From IMG/VR virus record IMGVR_UViG_3300025288_000047, positions 1 to 39,213 of that record: a stretch of DNA of 39,213 bases; one strand, given 5' to 3'. Made by a program: the position numbers and the translations under genes. This DNA comes from a virus. Its lineage: Duplodnaviria > Caudoviricetes. Shown piece by piece: positions 34,581 to 39,213 of the stretch. The notes below the pieces were generated by a model. That model did not search any database and was not told where the DNA came from. It worked only from the letters and a program-made list of their open reading frames with translations. How positions within the stretch are numbered: position 1 is the first letter of the stretch; every line of letters begins with the position of its first letter.

Positions 34581-34612
34581 GTTAGCCGCCCTATACCTTC
34601 AAAGAGATAGGG
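34581..34612 (+). promoter_or_regulatory. Copy of conserved upstream motif, palindromic form
   Basis: GTT-agccgc-CCTAT-N13-TAGGG; reads CCCTAT-N12-ATAGGG. Confidence 0.65.
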
Positions 34613-34645
34613 TCGCTCCGACTCCCCCTCCGACTTGGGACCTAC

Positions 34646-37600
34646 ATGGCTGAGCACGACAAGTATTACACCGGATCCACTAATTCTCGGCACCTTGTGG
34701 TAGGCGACAGGTCATGGGATGGGGCCGTTTTCCAATCTGGAAAGCCCGTTCTGGACTCGGAGTTGGTCCTTAACGCGGAGATCACACAGGAGGTTCGTAA
34801 CCTTCTGTCCCAGAAGTCCATCACTTCCGGGTGGTTGCGTGGTCCTCTTGAGGACACCAATACATTCCCCACGTCTCTCCGTTCGGGCTTGGGGTTTCCT
34901 GCCGTAGGTGACCCCCTCTATGTAGCCAACTCCTTCCTGATGCAGAAGCGGACTGCATGGGTTGCAGGCTCACCCGTAGTGGTGGAGTTCTCCACCATGG
35001 CAACAGCTGGGTTGAATCGCATCCAGCTGTCTTCCGCTCCGGTATTTGGTGGGGCTCCCCCTGATGTGAAGCGCTCGGATTTTGTCTTCCTTGAGGTGTG
35101 GAAGGCCATGGTGAGTAGCTCTCCCCATGCCATGTCCTCCATCACTATCTCCACCAATCCTACAGGGGCGGGTGACAATTTCAACATTGCGGGGAACACG
35201 CTCACTGGTGTTTTAGCTGCTCCTGGTGTGGATGAGTATTTGGTTGGTGGTTCGGATGCCTTGACTGCAGCCAACATGGCGTCAGCGATCAACGCCAGTC
35301 CACCAAATAGCTTCACAAATGTGACAGCCTATGCTGTAGGGAATGTGCTGTACATCCGAGCAGTAGCCGCAGGTACCGCAGGTAATGGCCTCCCAGTGGC
35401 TGTGTCAGCTTCTGGCGGCGGCGGTGTGTATGTGGTGTCGGGTGTAACCACAGGGGGCGTTGACGAGGCCAATAAGCCAACGCAAGACACTCTTTACAGG
35501 CATGGCAACGTTCAAGCGGATGCTTCCACCAACCTCAATGACGACATTGAAGATCCTCTGGTAGGTGTGGAGTCCACAAAACGAGTTCAGGTTCAGTACC
35601 GAATTCGTGTGACAGGGCAGTCTGAAGCGGTCAATTTCAAGACAGAATCCGATGGGTTCTCCAATGTCTCTGTGTTAGCACAAGGCACACAGGCGGCTCC
35701 TGTGGCCACCTACCGCTTTGTGCGGGCAGATGGGGCAACGGTTTCGGGCTCCTCTAGCGCAGCCTCTTATGGTGTCGTGGATGATGGCCTTTGGGTGGCA
35801 GGTGATGGGTCCCAGGCTTCAGCTACGGCTTTAGGTTCTGTGGATGGCTACGTCTACGCTCTTCCCCTTTGCTTTGTGTTCCGTCGCAACGACGCTTCAG
35901 GAGGATCTGGCTTTGATCCTATTAACAACACCAACGGTGGCCTATCAGGAACACACCTTGGTTTTGTACACCCTCTGTTTGGCTTAATCCCCGCAGGAGT
36001 GTCAGACCGTCCGGATGGTGCCTTCCATGACGTGATTCAGGACATTGATGTTCAGGATCTGAGGAAGAGCTGTGTCCCTGCAGGCATGGATTGGACAGCA
36101 GAGCTGAACCGACAGATGCAATATCTCATGGATGGTACGCTAGGCACATGGGCTATTGATGCTGCAGACAAGCAGACCTTGGGTTCTGGTTCTGGGTCTG
36201 TTGGCGTTCAGTTCCTTGTCTGTAATGAGGTAGGTCGTTCAGCAGCAGATGGTGGTGTGGCTCCAGGATCTGGTGATACGAACCGTGGCGTGACCATTGG
36301 GAGCTTCGATCACATTCGGCGAAGGTTTGCGGATCACCCTGTGGTAGAGCGAGTGCTCTTGGCGCTGTACCCTACTGACACTGTGCTGAATGAGCCGGGC
36401 AAACATAACACCCCAGCCATCCCTGGCAACACTACATGGACTGTAGGGGATACAATCAACATTGATCTGGGTTCTCTTAATGCTTCCACGTTGGGCAGCT
36501 TCGCAGATGCCTCCAAGAGTTGGGCTTCCACTTCGGCGTCCGTGGCAAACTTCTGGCCTGTGGGTACCACGATCACAGATGTTCTAAATGTGGCCCATGA
36601 TGATGGACACCACACTACAGCAGTGCCACAAGTTGTGCAGTTGGCCTCTGTGACAGGGTTAGGCACTGACTATGTCCAGTTGGTATTGGATGCAAACCCT
36701 GACTTGGTAAATGGTGGGGACAATGGCACTCCGAATTACCAGATGGTGTCAGACACTGCATTAAACAATGGGTCTCCCCGCAGGATCTTCGTAGAGTTGG
36801 AGATCACCTACCCTGTGGGATCGGGTACCACGGATACTCCCGATGTACTTCTAACACCCGATCCCACGCCGTACCCTAGTGGGCCTGTCGTGGAGAATAA
36901 CACCACCCAACGGCCTCTGGATTGGGAGAACCTTCTCCCCCCACAATTCAGGGAAGGCAAGCGTGAGTTGAGTCTTGAATATGTGGCCAACGATGGGTCA
37001 GGAGTCGGTGCAGGCACTCCGATTACGGAGAGCTTTGTCTCTTCGGACAATGCAAACATCTATCTTTCCCGTAGAATCTTTGGTTCGGGTGCGACTCTCA
37101 CTTCCGTAACCGACATTTCAACCTTGGGTGCGGGACAGGCACACGATGTGGATGCCTCTGTTACTGAGTATGGTTCCAGTACTCGTAAATTGGTGCTGGA
37201 TACTTCAGGGGCCACAGCAGCCAAGCAGCCTCTTTCGGGTGCTGGCCAGACCTTGGTATCTGTGGACTTCTTTGCACAGGATGCTTTGCCTAACTATGGC
37301 ACCATTGGTGGTGGGTATCAGGTTTCCGTGTACTACAGGACCAATGCACCACAGACCTTGGGTGTTCAAGCAGGCGTTCCAAGTCTCCCTGCTACAATGA
37401 CAGTCCAGCCCCTAGCTATGGACCAGTCTCTATGGACAGGTACGGTGGGATCTGGATCTATGGATGTGCCTTTCCCCTATACGGCACCTATGGATCAGAT
37501 TCCTGTGAATGGGGACACTCCTGTCAATGACTATCCCGGTGAGTGGTGCTTCGCAGCAACGGCTGACATCTCGGTAGGGGACTTCTCCACGAGTACGGGG

Positions 37601-37957
37601 CTTCTCCACCTTCACGCCATGGTGCCTGTGGATGGCACGAACACCTTCACGTTCTCCAGTCCAGATTTGGATGTGGAGTTCAGGTCCCACTACAAGGTGG
37701 CAGACCCCACAGCATACCGTCCAACGGTCTTTGCACAGCCTTTGTCCACATCCTCGACGCATAAGGTGTGGATGCCATTCTTGGCTGTAGCAACGGAAGA
37801 TACGGCACTATGGCGCAAGAATGAGGTCCTCCTTCTTGTGATCACACGCTTTGCGCTCATGGATGCGGATAACACCATTCGATTCCTTGACACCACCAAC
37901 CGTTCGTGTGTGGGTGTTTACCGCACCCGTGGTGTCCTCATGCTCGCTAGAGGATGA
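34646..37957 (+). CDS. Large baseplate/fibre-associated protein (1103 aa), DUF4815/DUF6519-like N-terminus
   Basis: VFQSGKPVLDSEL, DFVFLEVW and DP..G.ESTKRVQVQYRIRV motifs resemble domains of contractile-tail loci; family call tentative. Confidence 0.65.
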   Translation: MAEHDKYYTGSTNSRHLVVGDRSWDGAVFQSGKPVLDSELVLNAEITQEVRNLLSQKSITSGWLRGPLEDTNTFPTSLRSGLGFPAVGDPLYVANSFLMQKRTAWVAGSPVVVEFSTMATAGLNRIQLSSAPVFGGAPPDVKRSDFVFLEVWKAMVSSSPHAMSSITISTNPTGAGDNFNIAGNTLTGVLAAPGVDEYLVGGSDALTAANMASAINASPPNSFTNVTAYAVGNVLYIRAVAAGTAGNGLPVAVSASGGGGVYVVSGVTTGGVDEANKPTQDTLYRHGNVQADASTNLNDDIEDPLVGVESTKRVQVQYRIRVTGQSEAVNFKTESDGFSNVSVLAQGTQAAPVATYRFVRADGATVSGSSSAASYGVVDDGLWVAGDGSQASATALGSVDGYVYALPLCFVFRRNDASGGSGFDPINNTNGGLSGTHLGFVHPLFGLIPAGVSDRPDGAFHDVIQDIDVQDLRKSCVPAGMDWTAELNRQMQYLMDGTLGTWAIDAADKQTLGSGSGSVGVQFLVCNEVGRSAADGGVAPGSGDTNRGVTIGSFDHIRRRFADHPVVERVLLALYPTDTVLNEPGKHNTPAIPGNTTWTVGDTINIDLGSLNASTLGSFADASKSWASTSASVANFWPVGTTITDVLNVAHDDGHHTTAVPQVVQLASVTGLGTDYVQLVLDANPDLVNGGDNGTPNYQMVSDTALNNGSPRRIFVELEITYPVGSGTTDTPDVLLTPDPTPYPSGPVVENNTTQRPLDWENLLPPQFREGKRELSLEYVANDGSGVGAGTPITESFVSSDNANIYLSRRIFGSGATLTSVTDISTLGAGQAHDVDASVTEYGSSTRKLVLDTSGATAAKQPLSGAGQTLVSVDFFAQDALPNYGTIGGGYQVSVYYRTNAPQTLGVQAGVPSLPATMTVQPLAMDQSLWTGTVGSGSMDVPFPYTAPMDQIPVNGDTPVNDYPGEWCFAATADISVGDFSTSTGLLHLHAMVPVDGTNTFTFSSPDLDVEFRSHYKVADPTAYRPTVFAQPLSTSSTHKVWMPFLAVATEDTALWRKNEVLLLVITRFALMDADNTIRFLDTTNRSCVGVYRTRGVLMLARG

Positions 37958-37974
37958 ATAACCCTCTAGCGAGC
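37942..37974. repeat. 12-bp perfect inverted repeat with the stop codon in its loop (possible terminator)
   Basis: GCTCGCTAGAGG-atgaataac-CCTCTAGCGAGC; TGA 37955-37957 in loop; only a short CTTTCT follows. Confidence 0.8.
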
Positions 37975-38008
37975 CACCCTTTCTCCAGATTTAAGTAGGG
38001 AATTTCAT

Positions 38009-39213
38009 ATGCCACGCATTCTGAATCCGGGATCCATCAATACAGGAACAGGCCTCGCACCCGAAGGGAGTGTGGAGCCCAATGCTCTTGTGTACCCTTC
38101 AGCGGGTAATTCAGGGTTGACGGTACACATCAATGACCCTAGCCGTGCGCACATGGCGGAGGCTATTGGTGTTTTGGATGCTAACTTTGCGACCGATTCT
38201 GTTGCGGGTGCTCTGGGGGAAGTGGTCTCGTCTGTGGCTGCTATTCAGACGAATGGTTTGGTTTCAGGTGGTACCTACACCACTGTGGGCCTTAGCCTAA
38301 CCTTGGATGCTACTGTGGCCTTGGTAGGAGGCACGGAGCACACCCTCACTGGGCTCTCGGTTGTGCTCAGCAACAACCAGACCCAGTACGTCTATTACAA
38401 CCCTGCCACCAGTGCTCTGACAGTTTCACTCACCCCACCTGCCTTGACGTTGTCACCTGTGGTATTTGCACAGGTGACAACGTCTGGTGGTGCCGTAGCA
38501 TCTGCAACGGATGCTCGTTTCTTTATTCTGGACAGCAATCGCAAGACTTCTTTCACCGTGCGAGCCTCTGGTGGTGCTAGTGACCGCAATGCAGAGGGGG
38601 CCTTTGAGTCTCTTGCCGCAGCCTTCATGTGGATCACCATGTATGGTGGTACAGGTGGTGCTAATCAGGTTGAGAACTACCGAGTTCAGGTGCGAGGGAG
38701 TCACACCATTTCCGCTACCTTGACGGTTCCTGTTGCAGGATTGATTCTTGAAGGCGATGGGGATGCAAGCCTAGTAACCGGTGGGGTTGTATCTCCCCTG
38801 CTTCAGGTGAGTCAATCGGATGTGAAGGTCCGCAACCTCACCTTTGTGTCCAACAATGCTACGTCAACTGCCTTGGGTGTTGCGGCAGATCGAGTGGAGG
38901 TGGAAGATTGTAGGATCATCCCTGGCACCGGGACATGGGACTCAGGTGTTTACCACGCGTCTGGACAAAACCTTCGTATCCAAGGATGTGCTATCCAGAC
39001 TCAAATCCTGGGGGTTCAGTCCGATGTGACAGACCAACTGTGGATGGTTAACAGCCAAGTCACAGGCCCAGGAGGTGGCAATACTGGTTTGTTCCTGGCC
39101 TCTGCCGGTGCGGGCAACTCTGTTGTACAAGGGGTTCGTATCACGGGATACGACACAGGCATCTTTCTTCAGGGTGTAGATCAGACCATATCAGATTCTG
39201 CAATCTCTGGTTG
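38009..39213 (+). CDS. Tailspike-like right-handed beta-helix protein (3'-partial, >401 aa; absent from the ORF track)
   Basis: Manual translation is open to the window end: MPRILNPGSINTG..HINDPSRAHMAEAI..FESLAAA..GLILEGDG..DVKVRNLTF..VEVEDCRI..LRIQGCAI. Confidence 0.85.
   Translation, partial: MPRILNPGSINTGTGLAPEGSVEPNALVYPSAGNSGLTVHINDPSRAHMAEAIGVLDANFATDSVAGALGEVVSSVAAIQTNGLVSGGTYTTVGLSLTLDATVALVGGTEHTLTGLSVVLSNNQTQYVYYNPATSALTVSLTPPALTLSPVVFAQVTTSGGAVASATDARFFILDSNRKTSFTVRASGGASDRNAEGAFESLAAAFMWITMYGGTGGANQVENYRVQVRGSHTISATLTVPVAGLILEGDGDASLVTGGVVSPLLQVSQSDVKVRNLTFVSNNATSTALGVAADRVEVEDCRIIPGTGTWDSGVYHASGQNLRIQGCAIQTQILGVQSDVTDQLWMVNSQVTGPGGGNTGLFLASAGAGNSVVQGVRITGYDTGIFLQGVDQTISDSAISG

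Larger units (their letters stand above)
1..39213. mobile_element. Large contractile-tail bacteriophage genome segment (baseplate/tail fibre module with accessory insertions)
   Basis: gp25-like, baseplate J-like and gpI-like genes in canonical order, followed by several fibre/spike genes; very high coding density; no housekeeping genes; small opposite-strand accessory genes. Confidence 0.85.

Noticed and set aside
34415-34693. 92-aa minus-strand ORF in the gap before 34646
   Set aside because: Its start overlaps the 34646 gene and it runs across that gene's upstream motif with no SD; the distal part could be a gene remnant, but there is no supporting evidence
37958-38008. Further copy of the CCTAT motif before the last gene
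   Set aside because: Only TCTAG within the hairpin arm; spacing to a downstream TAG does not fit
185-39130. The many 60-200 aa ORFs overlapping the large genes
   Set aside because: Shadow frames of long GC-rich coding sequences or of repeat arrays; low-complexity translations with no evident ribosome-binding sites
1-39213. Stop-codon reassignment as seen in some large phages
   Set aside because: Standard code already gives near-complete coding density, with TAG, TGA and TAA all ending genes at sensible boundaries
1-39213. tRNA, rRNA, introns, inteins or transposases
   Set aside because: Intergenic gaps are short with no cloverleaf or T-loop signature; no intein boundaries, homing endonuclease or transposase motifs recognised by eye

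Overview
The whole window reads as the tail/baseplate region of a large contractile-tailed (myovirus-like, probably jumbo) bacteriophage using the standard genetic code. The + strand carries a dense run of large virion genes. In order: a >2480-aa structural protein (5'-partial), three coupled hypothetical proteins, a gp25-like baseplate protein, a baseplate J-like protein, a P2 gpI/DUF2313-like protein, two paralogous PKD-like + beta-helix tailspikes, a tail fibre, an 1861-aa multidomain protein, a tail-collar-like protein, an 1103-aa DUF4815/DUF6519-like protein, and a 3'-partial beta-helix tailspike missing from the ORF track. Two opposite-strand accessory insertions interrupt this run: a single gene at 17.1-17.6 kb and a five-gene island at 31.3-34.4 kb. 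Highlights: (i) a miniature homologue of bacterial ice-nucleation protein InaZ with both terminal domains and about 10 octapeptide repeats; (ii) a fixed-spacing, pseudo-palindromic motif (nGT-N6-CCTAT-N13-TAG) before eight + strand genes, and a different motif (CAAG-N13/14-GSGTA) before island genes; (iii) an excess of perfect 11-21 bp inverted repeats in and around the accessory genes and at gene borders, one holding a start codon in its loop; (iv) domains shared between neighbouring fibre/spike proteins. All family calls are by-eye motif recognition, not database results.
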